Source: Patescibacteria group bacterium
Lineage (GTDB): Bacteria; Patescibacteriota; Patescibacteriia; JAXHNJ01
Direction: 5' to 3'
Assembly: GCA_034520665.1 (NCBI GenBank)
Contig: JAXHNJ010000002.1
Span: 416,660 to 480,659, forward strand
DNA: 64,000 nt
Part shown: one piece after another, positions 36,875-46,800 of the stretch
How positions within the stretch are numbered: position 1 is the stretch's first letter
Layout: every line of letters begins with the position of its first letter
Made by a program: the position numbers and the translations under genes
The notes under the pieces: model-generated
Told to the model about the DNA's origin: nothing
Database searches by the model: none
Seen by the model: only the letters and a program-made list of their open reading frames with translations

Positions 36875-37312
36875 ATGGCTAAAAAGAAAAATAATGAAAA
36901 AGCAAATAATTCTCAAAACAAGGCTGAAAAGATAGAAATTGAAGAGGAGAAAAATACTGACTGGCTGGGTGAAAATTTTGAAGGACAACTCTCAGTTGAT
37001 GTTTATCAAACTGAGCAGGAAATTATTGTTAAATCGACCATTGCCGGCGTAAACACAGAAGAATTGGATATCTCGCTGCATAACGATATGTTGACTATAA
37101 AGGGCATGCGGCATAAAGACTTTGAAGCGGATGATGATGACTATTTTTACCAGGAGTGTTACTGGGGTGGTTTTTCTCGTTCTATTATTTTGCCGGTTGA
37201 GGTTAAAGAAGACGAAATCTCAGCTACTTTAAAAAATGGTATATTAACCATTACTCTACCCAAGGCGGAAAAATCAAAGCTGAAAATTGTCAAAGTAAAA
37301 GAAGAAGAATAA
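36875..37312 (+). CDS. Hsp20/alpha-crystallin family small heat-shock protein.
   Basis: Alpha-crystallin domain with LSVDVYQTEQEIIVKSTIAGV...LTIKG...RSIILPVEV...GILTITLPK. Confidence 0.85.
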   Translation: MAKKKNNEKANNSQNKAEKIEIEEEKNTDWLGENFEGQLSVDVYQTEQEIIVKSTIAGVNTEELDISLHNDMLTIKGMRHKDFEADDDDYFYQECYWGGFSRSIILPVEVKEDEISATLKNGILTITLPKAEKSKLKIVKVKEEE

Positions 37313-37536
37313 TGGAAAATAGAGAAAATTCTGTTTTAGCTCGCCTGGCGTCTTTTCAGGAGAAAGAGGCTATTTTTAAGACTAAAGAGGGCCGTAAGTA
37401 TTTCTGGCCAATTAAAGATTTACCCGAAGACTTGAAAATTGGCGATGAAATAAGACTTTCACTTTCAACAGCTAAGACGGCTGAAGAAGAAAGAGAAAAA
37501 ATAGCCAAGGAAGTTTTAAACCAGCTGTTAAAATGA
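37312..37536 (+). CDS. Small hypothetical protein co-transcribed with hsp20.
   Basis: 74-aa ORF whose start overlaps the hsp20 stop (ATGA). No family recognised. Confidence 0.35.
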   Translation: MENRENSVLARLASFQEKEAIFKTKEGRKYFWPIKDLPEDLKIGDEIRLSLSTAKTAEEEREKIAKEVLNQLLK

Positions 37537-39344
37537 AAAAGAAAAAAAAGAAAAAGGCACAAAAACATTTTTATAACAAAAGATGGTGGAAATATTTGAT
37601 AGCCATCTTTTTTGGGCTAGTGCTTTTATTTTTTGCCTATACTTATATTTATTATATTTATTACGCTGATAAATTTTATCCTGGCTTTGAAATAGGTAAT
37701 TATAGTCTTGAAGGTCAGAGTTATAACCAAGTCTTATCAAGGCTTAATCAATTTGAAGAAGTAATTAATGAACAAGGCTTAAAATATAAGTACAATGAAA
37801 AAGAGATAGCGGTCAGGCCCAATATTTCTTCCACGGAAGATCCTGATTTTGTTTATAAAATAATTGATTTTGAGAATAAAAAAACAGTAAATGAGGTCTA
37901 CGAATTCGCCCGTGGAGAAAATTATCTTGATAATTTTCTAAAGCATTTAGCGGCCTTTTTTAACGGCCTTGAGATAAAAATAGCTTATGAATTAAATGAA
38001 GAGGAGTTAATTAGTATTTTAGAAAATAATTTCTCTGAATTTGAAACACCGGCCCAAAAGGCACAGCTTAAATTAAATGAAGAGGATAGTTTTGAAAAAA
38101 TACCGGAAAAGGAAGGAGATATTTTTTCTTACTCTTTATTAGTAAAGCAAACCAAAAAATCTATAGAAAATCTTAAAAATGAAATTCACTATCTTTATTT
38201 AAAAAAAGATACCCCGGATATAAAGCTTAACCAGACTGACCAGGCTTTTAATGATATAGAAGATGTTTTGAATTTATTCCCGGCTAGTTTAACTTATCAA
38301 GATAAAAAATGGGAAATAAAAAAAGAGGATGTAAAAAAGTATCTTGATTTTGATATTAGAGAAGATCAAGTGAAATTAGGTTTAAAAAAAGAGTTTAAAA
38401 ACTATCTAAAAGATAATATCACTGATGAGGTTAATCAGGCCGTCAAAGAAGGGAAATTTAACATGGAAAACGGTAAGGTGTCAGAATTTCAGGCCAGTCA
38501 AAAGGGTTTATCTTTAAATAATGAAAAAACTATTGAAAAAATTGAAAAGGAAATAATTGACAGTCAAAAAAGGCAGACGGCTCTAGTGGTTGATATTACC
38601 CGGCCGAAAGTAACTACACAATCTATTAATGATTTAGGTATTACTGAATTAGTGGGAAGAGGCCAGTCAAACTTTGCTGGCAGTCCCCGTAATCGCCGCC
38701 ATAATATTGCTGTCGGGGCTGATACTCTCCATGGTCTTTTAATTAAGCCCGATGAAGAATTTTCTTTAGTTGGGGCTTTGGGTGAAATTGACGCGGCTCA
38801 TGGTTATTTACCCGAGCTGGTCATTAAAGGCAATAAAACCGTGCCCGAATACGGCGGCGGTTTATGTCAAATTGGCACCACGGCTTTTAGAGTGGCCTTA
38901 AATACCGGTCTGCCCATTACTGAACGCCGGCCTCATTCTTACCGAGTTTCTTATTATGAACCAGCCGGCACTGACGCTACTATTTATAATCCTAGTCCGG
39001 ATTTAAAATTTATAAACGATACCGGTCATTATCTGCTTTGGCAAACTCATATTGAGGGCAATGATTTAATTTTTGAATTCTACGGCACAGATGACGGCCG
39101 GCAAGTAAAAACGACAGAACCGACTTTATCAAATTATATATCACCGCCCCCGACTAAGATTATTGAAACCGAAGACTTAAATCCCGGGACCAGAAAGTGT
39201 ACGGAAAGAGCTCACACCGGAGCCACCGCTGTTTTTTATCGGACCATTACTAAGCCAGGAGAGGAACCGGAAAAAGAAACCTGGACTTCGGTTTATCAGC
39301 CCTGGCAGGAGGTTTGTTTAATCGGAGTAGAATCAGAAGAATAG
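37533..39344 (+). CDS. VanW-domain protein with an N-terminal TM anchor.
   Basis: The C-terminal VPEYGGGLCQIGTTAFRVALNTGLPITERRPHSYRVSYY matches the VanW core. N-terminal K-rich tail plus one TM helix. Confidence 0.75.
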   Translation: MKKKKKKKAQKHFYNKRWWKYLIAIFFGLVLLFFAYTYIYYIYYADKFYPGFEIGNYSLEGQSYNQVLSRLNQFEEVINEQGLKYKYNEKEIAVRPNISSTEDPDFVYKIIDFENKKTVNEVYEFARGENYLDNFLKHLAAFFNGLEIKIAYELNEEELISILENNFSEFETPAQKAQLKLNEEDSFEKIPEKEGDIFSYSLLVKQTKKSIENLKNEIHYLYLKKDTPDIKLNQTDQAFNDIEDVLNLFPASLTYQDKKWEIKKEDVKKYLDFDIREDQVKLGLKKEFKNYLKDNITDEVNQAVKEGKFNMENGKVSEFQASQKGLSLNNEKTIEKIEKEIIDSQKRQTALVVDITRPKVTTQSINDLGITELVGRGQSNFAGSPRNRRHNIAVGADTLHGLLIKPDEEFSLVGALGEIDAAHGYLPELVIKGNKTVPEYGGGLCQIGTTAFRVALNTGLPITERRPHSYRVSYYEPAGTDATIYNPSPDLKFINDTGHYLLWQTHIEGNDLIFEFYGTDDGRQVKTTEPTLSNYISPPPTKIIETEDLNPGTRKCTERAHTGATAVFYRTITKPGEEPEKETWTSVYQPWQEVCLIGVESEE

Positions 39345-39475
39345 ACTATTTGTCATGAATTATTTATAAAATATATTGTTTATAAAAGTAGCTGTCAGTC
39401 GAGACTGACAGCTACGCCTTTAATTTAAATATTTTTTTAAAAAAACAGATGTTATATTTATTTTTAAAAATAAAA

Positions 39476-39499
39476 ACTCCCTCGAAATTTCGAGGGAGT
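39476..39499 (-). terminator. Rho-independent terminator of the minus-strand gene 39516..39851.
   Basis: Perfect palindrome ACTCCCTCGAAA/TTTCGAGGGAGT. The minus-strand reading is followed by TTTTTATTTTT. Confidence 0.6.
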
Positions 39500-39515
39500 G
39501 GCGAGAAGCAAGAAA

Positions 39516-39851
39516 TTAAAAAATTTTATACACCTCGTTTAAATCAAGCCATAGCTCATAAAGAGCTTTTTTTATTGACTTAAAAGGTGTTCTTAAGGCC
39601 GGATACTGATGCAGAAGATACCAAGGGCAAACCTTTCTTTGAGCCAGCCTTATCTGATAAATCCCAGAGACCAAGAGTAAAATAGCCAATAAGCCACCGG
39701 GAAAGGTGATTGTTAGGCCATCAAACCCGTTACTGGCTATATAATTTATAGCCAAGTAGACTCCGAAGAAAAGAAAAATAATTCCTCGAATAATACGTCT
39801 CTGATTTACTTGGTGCACCCTCTCTTTAGTATAAGCCATAGGCAGTCTCAT
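39516..39851 (-). CDS. Small hypothetical membrane protein.
   Basis: 111 aa with two or three hydrophobic helices. Carries its own terminator. Confidence 0.4.
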   Translation of the reverse strand: MRLPMAYTKERVHQVNQRRIIRGIIFLFFGVYLAINYIASNGFDGLTITFPGGLLAILLLVSGIYQIRLAQRKVCPWYLLHQYPALRTPFKSIKKALYELWLDLNEVYKIF

Positions 39852-40192
39852 AATTGACTCCTTTCTGCGATTTTATCTTAAAAGAACTTAATTGATTATA
39901 CCTAATAAAAAAGTGATAATCAATATACTGTGGACAAGAAGACTGATTTAAGGAAAAAGTAAGCTAAAAGCCCACTTAGCCATAAAACAGCCCCCATGCT
40001 TGTCGTGTCCACAGAATACTGTTTACCACTCGTTTTCTCCCCTCCTGAATTATTTGTTAAAAAACTTTAAATTTATAACTTTTCAGCCGAACAGGACATA
40101 TTATCATAGATTTAAAACCTTGTCAAGAGGGGCTTAAAATGATAGAATTTTAATACTTAAAGAATTTAAAAATTATTAATCCAAATATAAAA

Positions 40193-41221
40193 ATGACTAT
40201 TAATCAGATTTATAAATTAGCGGTAGACCTAGGTATTAAAAATGATCCGCGTGGCCAAAAAACAGTTAAAAAAAGATTAAAAAAAGTTAGACAAGAATAC
40301 AATAAACTCTCAGAAGAAAAAAAGAAGTGCTTTGATCAGGAGAAATTAAAGAATCCTTATTCTGATACCCGCATTTATTACGGAGATCCCAGAAAAAAAG
40401 TAAAAAGAGTTTTAACCGGCATTGATATGGAGACGTCGGAATTATTATTAGCTGAGAAAATTTCCCAAGAAAAACCAATTGATTTAATAATCAGTCATCA
40501 CCCTCTGGGCATTGGCTTAGCCGCTTTGCACGAGGTAATGAAAATGCAGGCCGAAATACTTTCTTTATACGGCGTGCCCATATCTTCGGCTCAAGGCCTG
40601 CTTCATATTAGAATTGATGAAGTTTCGCGCAGTGTGAACTCGGCCAATCATAACCGCACTATTGATGCCGCTCGTATACTTGATTTACCTATTATGTCTA
40701 CTCACACAGCGGCTGATAATATGGTCGCTAATTTTCTTTCCAAATATATTAAAAGAAACAAAAAAAATATAGAAACTGTTGAGGATTTACTAAAGTCTTT
40801 GGAAAAATTACCGGAATATAAAGAGGCTATGAAAAATAAATGCGGCCCCAGACTTTTTGCCGGTAAAAAAAGTAACTTTGCCGGTAAGATTGCCTTGACT
40901 GAATTAACCGGCGGCACTGAAGGCTCCAAAGACATCTATGAAAAAATGGCTCAGGCTGGCATTGATACCGTGGTTGGCATGCACATGTCTGAAGAGCATA
41001 AAAAAGCGGCCGAAAAAAGCCATCTTAACGTAGTTATTGCCGGTCATATTTCTTCGGACTCGATTGGTATGAATTTATTTTTAGACGAGCTGGAGAAAAA
41101 GGGCGTGGAAGTAATACCCTGCTCCGGATTAATTCGAGTAAAGCGTTTTAAAAAGAAAAAATCCCATAAAAGAAAAACTAATAAGAAAAAAAGTAGCCAA
41201 AAAAGAGGAAAAAAGAAGTAA
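40193..41221 (+). CDS. Nif3-family dinuclear metal-centre protein (YqfO/YbgI-like) with a K-rich C-terminal tail.
   Basis: DLIISHHPLGIG and MSTHTAADN (HHP...THT metal ligands). The C-terminus is KKKKSHKRKTNKKKSSQKRGKKK. Confidence 0.7.
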   Translation: MTINQIYKLAVDLGIKNDPRGQKTVKKRLKKVRQEYNKLSEEKKKCFDQEKLKNPYSDTRIYYGDPRKKVKRVLTGIDMETSELLLAEKISQEKPIDLIISHHPLGIGLAALHEVMKMQAEILSLYGVPISSAQGLLHIRIDEVSRSVNSANHNRTIDAARILDLPIMSTHTAADNMVANFLSKYIKRNKKNIETVEDLLKSLEKLPEYKEAMKNKCGPRLFAGKKSNFAGKIALTELTGGTEGSKDIYEKMAQAGIDTVVGMHMSEEHKKAAEKSHLNVVIAGHISSDSIGMNLFLDELEKKGVEVIPCSGLIRVKRFKKKKSHKRKTNKKKSSQKRGKKK

Positions 41222-41246
41222 TTAATTTTTTGATTTTTAAAATATT

Positions 41247-42269
41247 ATGCCCAAAGAAAGAATAATTAATGCTGATGAAAAAGGTGAAGACCGCACTCTT
41301 GATTTAACTTTGCGTCCGCATGATATTAAGGAATTTGTCGGTCAAGAAAAGGTTAAAGAAAACCTTAATATTTTTGTTAGTGCAGCCAAGCAAAGAAAAG
41401 AACCGATTGAACACGTCTTGTTGCATGGAGCTCCGGGTTTAGGTAAAACCACCTTAGCTCATATTATCGCTCGTGAAATGGGCACTAATTTAAAAGTGAC
41501 TTCTGGTCCGGCTATTGAAAAAGCGGGGGACTTGGCGGCTATCTTAACTAATTTGGGTGACGGAGACGTGCTTTTTATTGATGAGATTCACCGGCTTAAC
41601 CGCGTTATTGAAGAAGTTTTATACCCGGCCATGGAGGATTATTTTATTGATATTGTGGTGGGCAAGGGGCCTTCAGCGCGCACGCTTAAACTTGATTTGC
41701 CCAAGTTTACTTTAGTCGGAGCCACTACCCGATTAAGTTTATTATCTTCACCTTTACGGGACCGTTTTGGTATGACTTATCGCCTGGGTTTTTATTCAGA
41801 CGAAGAGATTGGTCAAATAATCAAGCGTTCAGCCAAGATTTTAGGCGTTACTTTAGATAAAGAATCTTCCGAACTGCTAGCTAAAAGAGCTCGCAAAACC
41901 CCGCGCGTGGCTAATCGTCTTTTAAAACGGGTCCGAGATTATGCTCAGGTAAAATCTGACGGGAAAATTACCCAGTCATTATGTGAATCGGCTTTAGGTA
42001 TGCTGGATATTGATGAAATGGGACTGGATGAAACTGATCGTAAAATTTTAGAAATAATTATTGAAAAATTTAAAGGTGGGCCGGTTGGTTTAAACGCCAT
42101 TGCGGCCGCTATACAGGAAGAAATGGAAACCCTGGAGGATGTTTATGAGCCCTATTTAATGCAAATTGGCTATTTAGTACGCACACCGCGAGGTCGATCA
42201 GTGACCGAAGAAGCTTATAAGCATTTAAGTAAAAGACCGCCGAAAGATATTCAGAAGAAGTTGGTATGA
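41247..42269 (+). CDS. ruvB: Holliday junction ATP-dependent DNA helicase RuvB.
   Basis: [19 protein letters not shown]...[20 protein letters not shown] and a winged-helix C-terminal domain. Confidence 0.95.
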   Translation: MPKERIINADEKGEDRTLDLTLRPHDIKEFVGQEKVKENLNIFVSAAKQRKEPIEHVLLHGAPGLGKTTLAHIIAREMGTNLKVTSGPAIEKAGDLAAILTNLGDGDVLFIDEIHRLNRVIEEVLYPAMEDYFIDIVVGKGPSARTLKLDLPKFTLVGATTRLSLLSSPLRDRFGMTYRLGFYSDEEIGQIIKRSAKILGVTLDKESSELLAKRARKTPRVANRLLKRVRDYAQVKSDGKITQSLCESALGMLDIDEMGLDETDRKILEIIIEKFKGGPVGLNAIAAAIQEEMETLEDVYEPYLMQIGYLVRTPRGRSVTEEAYKHLSKRPPKDIQKKLV

Positions 42270-42384
42270 TGTTTTTAGATATTGAGTGAGCAAGATATTG
42301 AGATATTTATGATTGAAATTTGACTAAAAAATAATTTATAAATAAAACATAGTCTAGACAAAAAGGTGGCCGGAAAGGAAAAAT

Positions 42385-42690
42385 ATGACTGGCGCTTTTT
42401 TTGATTTACGAATTTGGCAAAAAGCACAAAAATTAGCCAAAGAAATTTATAAAATAACAAAGCTATTTTCCAAAGATGAACTTTTTGGATTAACTAATCA
42501 ACTTAGAAGGTCGGCCGTTTCAGTGGCGGCTAATATTGCGGAAAGCCAGGGAAGATATTATTATAGGGATAAAATCAGAGTTCTTTATATTAGTCGTGGT
42601 GAAATATATGAAATACAAAGTCATTTAAGAATTACTTCAAGCCAAAATTATTTACCAAATAAAAAATTAGAAAATCCTTTTATTGCCTAG
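42385..42690 (+). CDS. Four-helix-bundle protein (23S rRNA intervening-sequence protein family).
   Basis: WQKAQKLAKEIYKIT...ELFGLTNQLRRSAVSVAANIAESQGR...EIYEIQSHL matches this family's pattern. Confidence 0.65.
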   Translation: MTGAFFDLRIWQKAQKLAKEIYKITKLFSKDELFGLTNQLRRSAVSVAANIAESQGRYYYRDKIRVLYISRGEIYEIQSHLRITSSQNYLPNKKLENPFIA

Positions 42691-42693
42691 TTT

Positions 42694-42727
42694 ACCGGAC
42701 CCCTGCTTAGGCGGGGGTTTTTTCTTT
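42694..42727 (+). terminator. Rho-independent terminator.
   Basis: ACCCCTGC-ttag-GCGGGGG followed by TTTTTT. Confidence 0.6.
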
Positions 42728-42753
42728 GAGTAAAATAATTTATAATAAAATCT

Positions 42754-43824
42754 ATGAAACTCTCAAAATTTGACTATCATTTACCCAAAGAATTAATCGC
42801 TCAAAAGCCAGTGCGCCCGCGGCATAATTCCCGGCTAATGGTTTTGGATAAAAAAAAGAAGACAATTAAGCATGATTATTTTTATAACTTACCAAAATAT
42901 TTAAAGACTGGTGATGTTTTAGTCTTTAATGACTCAAAGGTTTTTCCGGCTCGTTTGCCGGCTCGCAAGATCACCGGCGGTAAGCTGGAAGTTTTTCTGC
43001 TACGCCAAGAAAAGAATCTTTGGCAGTGTTTAATTGGCGGTAAGGTGAGAAGGGAAGGCATGGAGTTTGTTGTGGGAGGTAGGGATATAGGGACAATAGA
43101 CAAGGGACATAGGGACAAGAAGAAAGAAAAAATATTAAGCGGTAAAATCGTTAAAAAATTAGGAAACGGAATTTGGCTGGTTAAGTTTAATAAAAAAGAA
43201 AATGAATTTTGGCATTTAGTCAATCAATACGGCCAAGCACCAACCCCGCCTTATATTAAAAAGAAATCAAACTTAAAAGAATACCAAACCGCTTTTGCCA
43301 AAAACAAAGGCTCGGTAGCCGCTCCGACGGCCGGTTTTCATTTTAGCCAAAAATTATTAAACCATTTAAAAAAGAAAGGAATTAAAACAGAATTCATAAC
43401 TTTACATGTGGGTTATGGTACTTTTCAGCCGGTTAAAGAAGAAAACATTGAAAAACACAAAATGCATTTTGAATACTTAGAAGTTAAAAAATCAGTAATA
43501 AAACGTTTGTTGAAATATAAAAAAGAAAATAGAAGAATTATTCCTGTGGGCACTACTTCTGGCCGGGTTCTTGAAGGAGTAGTTTCCCATTATAAAAAAA
43601 CGCCAAAAAAAGATTTTTTTGGCAAAACAAACTTATTTATTTACCCGGGCTATAAATTTAAGTTTATTAACGGATTAATTACTAATTTTCACTTACCTAA
43701 GAGTACTCTTTTAATGCTAGTCAGTGCTTGGGCCGGGTTGCCTTTTATTAAAAAAGCTTATCAAAAAGCGATTAAAAAGAAATACCGCTTTTATTCTTTT
43801 GGGGATGGCATGCTGATTGATTAA
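42754..43824 (+). CDS. queA: S-adenosylmethionine:tRNA ribosyltransferase-isomerase.
   Basis: MKLSKFDYHLPKELIAQKPVRPR...SRLMVL is the canonical QueA N-terminus. C-terminal YSFGDGMLID. Confidence 0.9.
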   Translation: MKLSKFDYHLPKELIAQKPVRPRHNSRLMVLDKKKKTIKHDYFYNLPKYLKTGDVLVFNDSKVFPARLPARKITGGKLEVFLLRQEKNLWQCLIGGKVRREGMEFVVGGRDIGTIDKGHRDKKKEKILSGKIVKKLGNGIWLVKFNKKENEFWHLVNQYGQAPTPPYIKKKSNLKEYQTAFAKNKGSVAAPTAGFHFSQKLLNHLKKKGIKTEFITLHVGYGTFQPVKEENIEKHKMHFEYLEVKKSVIKRLLKYKKENRRIIPVGTTSGRVLEGVVSHYKKTPKKDFFGKTNLFIYPGYKFKFINGLITNFHLPKSTLLMLVSAWAGLPFIKKAYQKAIKKKYRFYSFGDGMLID

Positions 43825-43826
43825 AT
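43780..43826 (+). repeat. Direct repeat copy 1 (the native queA 3' terminus), flanking the purL segment.
   Basis: aaataccgcttttattcttttggggatggcatgctgattgattaaat. It recurs at 47915-47961 with 2 mismatches. Confidence 0.8.
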
Positions 43827-43837
43827 AAAAAAGACCC

Positions 43838-43866
43838 GTGGTAATGAATTTATCACGGGTCAGATT
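43838..43866. terminator. Hairpin shared by the convergent queA and purL genes.
   Basis: GACCCGTG-gtaatgaatttat-CACGGGTC, an 8-bp stem between the two stop codons. Confidence 0.5.
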
Positions 43867-43882
43867 AAAGTAAAAAAAGTGT

Positions 43883-46800
43883 TTAACTGCAATCACACCA
43901 TTTTCTAGCATTTTGGAACATCTGGAGCCAGGGAGATGCCTTAAGTTTATATCTCCAGTCTTTGGGCATCCAGGGCCATTGCCACTTAAGAAAAACGCGT
44001 TCTGGATGCGGCATCATGGCCAGGTGCCGACCGTCTGGTGAACAGAGAGCCGTGATTCCCTTGGGAGAGCCATTAGGATTTAAGGGATAACTTTCTGTCG
44101 CTCTTCCTGTTTCATCGGTATATACTAATGGTGTCAAGTTTTGGAAAACTATATCTTTTAGGATTTCTGAATCAGGACAATGAAGTTGTCCCTCACCATG
44201 AGCGACCCAAATTCCTAAAACAGAATTAGCCATGTCGCCCAACATAATGGAAGGACTTGGCATAATTTTAGTAGTTACCCAACGGGATTCAAAGAGCCCC
44301 GAAGTGTTTTGGATGAAACGAGGTTGTTTATCTTCATCAATGCCTTTCCAAGGTACCCAACCAAGTAGAGCCATCAACTGACAGCCATTACAGACACCAA
44401 GCGAGAAAGTGTCTTCACGCCGGTAAAAACGTTCAAACATTTTTCGCAGTTTGGGATTGAAAAGGATGATTCCGGCCCAACCCTTTGCGCTATCCAGTAC
44501 GTCAGCGTAGGAGAAGCCACCGACAAATACTATGCCACGACATGAATCAAGATCATATTCACCGTTCAGGAGATCAGTCATGGTCACATCAACCGGAGTG
44601 AATCCAGCTGCGAAAAATGCTGAAATCATTTCTCGATCACCATTACTACCTTCTTCGCGGATGATAGCCACTTTGGGCTTGCTAGTTCGGTTCAGAACCT
44701 CCGGAGGAGTTGCTTGCGGATTAAAGGATAGCGAGTAAACTGGACTAATACGCGTTCGGTGCCTTTTAGCCTGTTGCCAGGCCAGATCGGGATCAATTTG
44801 GTGGAGCTCTAGCTGATCACTAGTAGATTCCCACCATTCAAGCAGTTTGCTCGTTGATTCACCAAAGACTAACTCTTCTTGGTGATAAATGAAAACCATA
44901 TGTTCCTGGCAGGAATTTCCCAAAGTTAGACACGGTGAAACACCATACTCTTTAAGAATACTGGCAACTTCAAATTCGTTTTTAGGCAGAACCTCAAGTA
45001 CTAGACCCAGTTCTTCCGAGAACAGGTATTCAAGGGTAGTGACGTTGTCAGGCACCTTCACTTTTATCCCACAGTTGCCGGACATGGACATCTCCACCAG
45101 TGTGGTAATAAGCCCGCCATCACTGATGTCGTGGCCAGCCAAGACGAGATCGTGGTCGATCATTGCCTGAATAGCTAAAAAGACATTTTTCAGAAGTTCG
45201 GGATTATCGACATCCGGAGATTCGTTACCAATCTGCTTGTTGATCTGAGCTAGAGCCGAGCCACCCAGACGGTGCTTACCCGGCGCCATAGGAATATAAA
45301 GCAGAGAGCTATTCCCTGGTTGTTTGATATCCGGAGTTAAGATTTGAGTGATGTCAGGCATAGTAGCGTAGGCCGAAATAACCAACTGCCCTGGTGCTTT
45401 GACAGTTTCGTCGCCTACCTTAGCAGCCATGGACAAACTATCCTTACCGCCATCCACGGCGATACCTAATGCAATCATCAGATCTCGCATAGCTAGGGCA
45501 GCATCATGCAGTTTAGCCCCTTCACCGGGAAGCTTGGCCGCCCACATCCAGTTAGCTGAACACTTGATGTGTTTCAAGTCACTGATGCGAGCGAAGACCA
45601 TATTGGTCAAGGCTTCAGCTACGGCCATCCTAGCGCCAGCAGATGAATTGACTAACATCTTGATCGGTTGTTCACCGATAGATATGGCACTGCCTGTCAG
45701 TCCGAAATGACTCTGAGCCACTGCGGATACATCAGATACTGGTAGTTGCAGCGGACCACAGCATTGTTGTCTGGCGATTAAACCAGTGACACTTCGGTCT
45801 ACCTTTCGAACTAGATAACCTTTAGAGCATACTGATGGTAACCGGAAGACTTGACGTAAAGCCTCTTTAACGCTTATGTCAGGTAAATCTAGCGGAGCCA
45901 GTTCTTCTGGCACCTCATCAATCTTAAAACTCTTCTGCGGCATATCACAGAGAATCTTACCGAGATCAAGGTCTACAGGATAGGAGTCGTCCTGGTTATC
46001 ATAAACTACGATACGACCATTACCAGTGATATTTCCCAACACCTCACAGTTGATCTTTTCGCGTCTGCAGATGGCCTTAAATTTTTCTAATTGATTTGGA
46101 TAAATCAGGAAAGCGTCGCGCTCCTGGTATTCAGCGCCCCAAATCTCGAGAACAGACATAGTGGCATCTCCAACTTGGATTTGCCGTATGTCTATTCTAC
46201 CGCCAGCCGGTTCCACTAATTCCGTCAGAACATTACACGGTCCGCCAGCTCCTTGGTCATGGATGCTCAAAATAGGATTATTACTCCCCATCTCAATACA
46301 GGCACGAATGACACGATTAACTTTCTGTTCCATTTCAGCGTCTCCGCGTTGAACAGCATTGAAGTCCAGCTCAGCCGTGTTAGCCCCTTGAATCATACTG
46401 GAGGCAGAACCACCTCCCATACCAATGCGATAGGCAGGACCTCCAACCTGGATAATTACCATGCCGGGTTCAGGAGTTTTCTTTTTGGTGTGTTGATTAT
46501 CAATCTGACCGACACCACCAGTGAACATGATCGGCTTAATCCATTCGCGTCGCTCACCATTGGGAAGCCTCAGACCGAATGTTCGAACAAAACCCTGTAT
46601 AATAGGTTCGCCGAACTTGTTGCCGTAGTCGGAAGCACCATTGCTTTCCTCAATCATGATTTTGAGGGGAGTAGCCAGGTTGCCCGGATAAGCAAAATCT
46701 GGGTTTTCACCTTTAATGTGCAGAGCACTAGGCATACCGTTGTCAGCAATCAGGAGATTACCAGTGCAATAACCAGCTGTACCAGCAACCACCAGTCCGC

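Noticed and set aside
36576-36875. Searched upstream of hsp20 for CIRCE (TTAGCACTC-N9-GAGTGCTAA) or a HAIR heat-shock operator.
   Set aside because: Only a weak half-site-like string (TTAGTGCAT) is present, with no inverted partner. Not reported as a feature.
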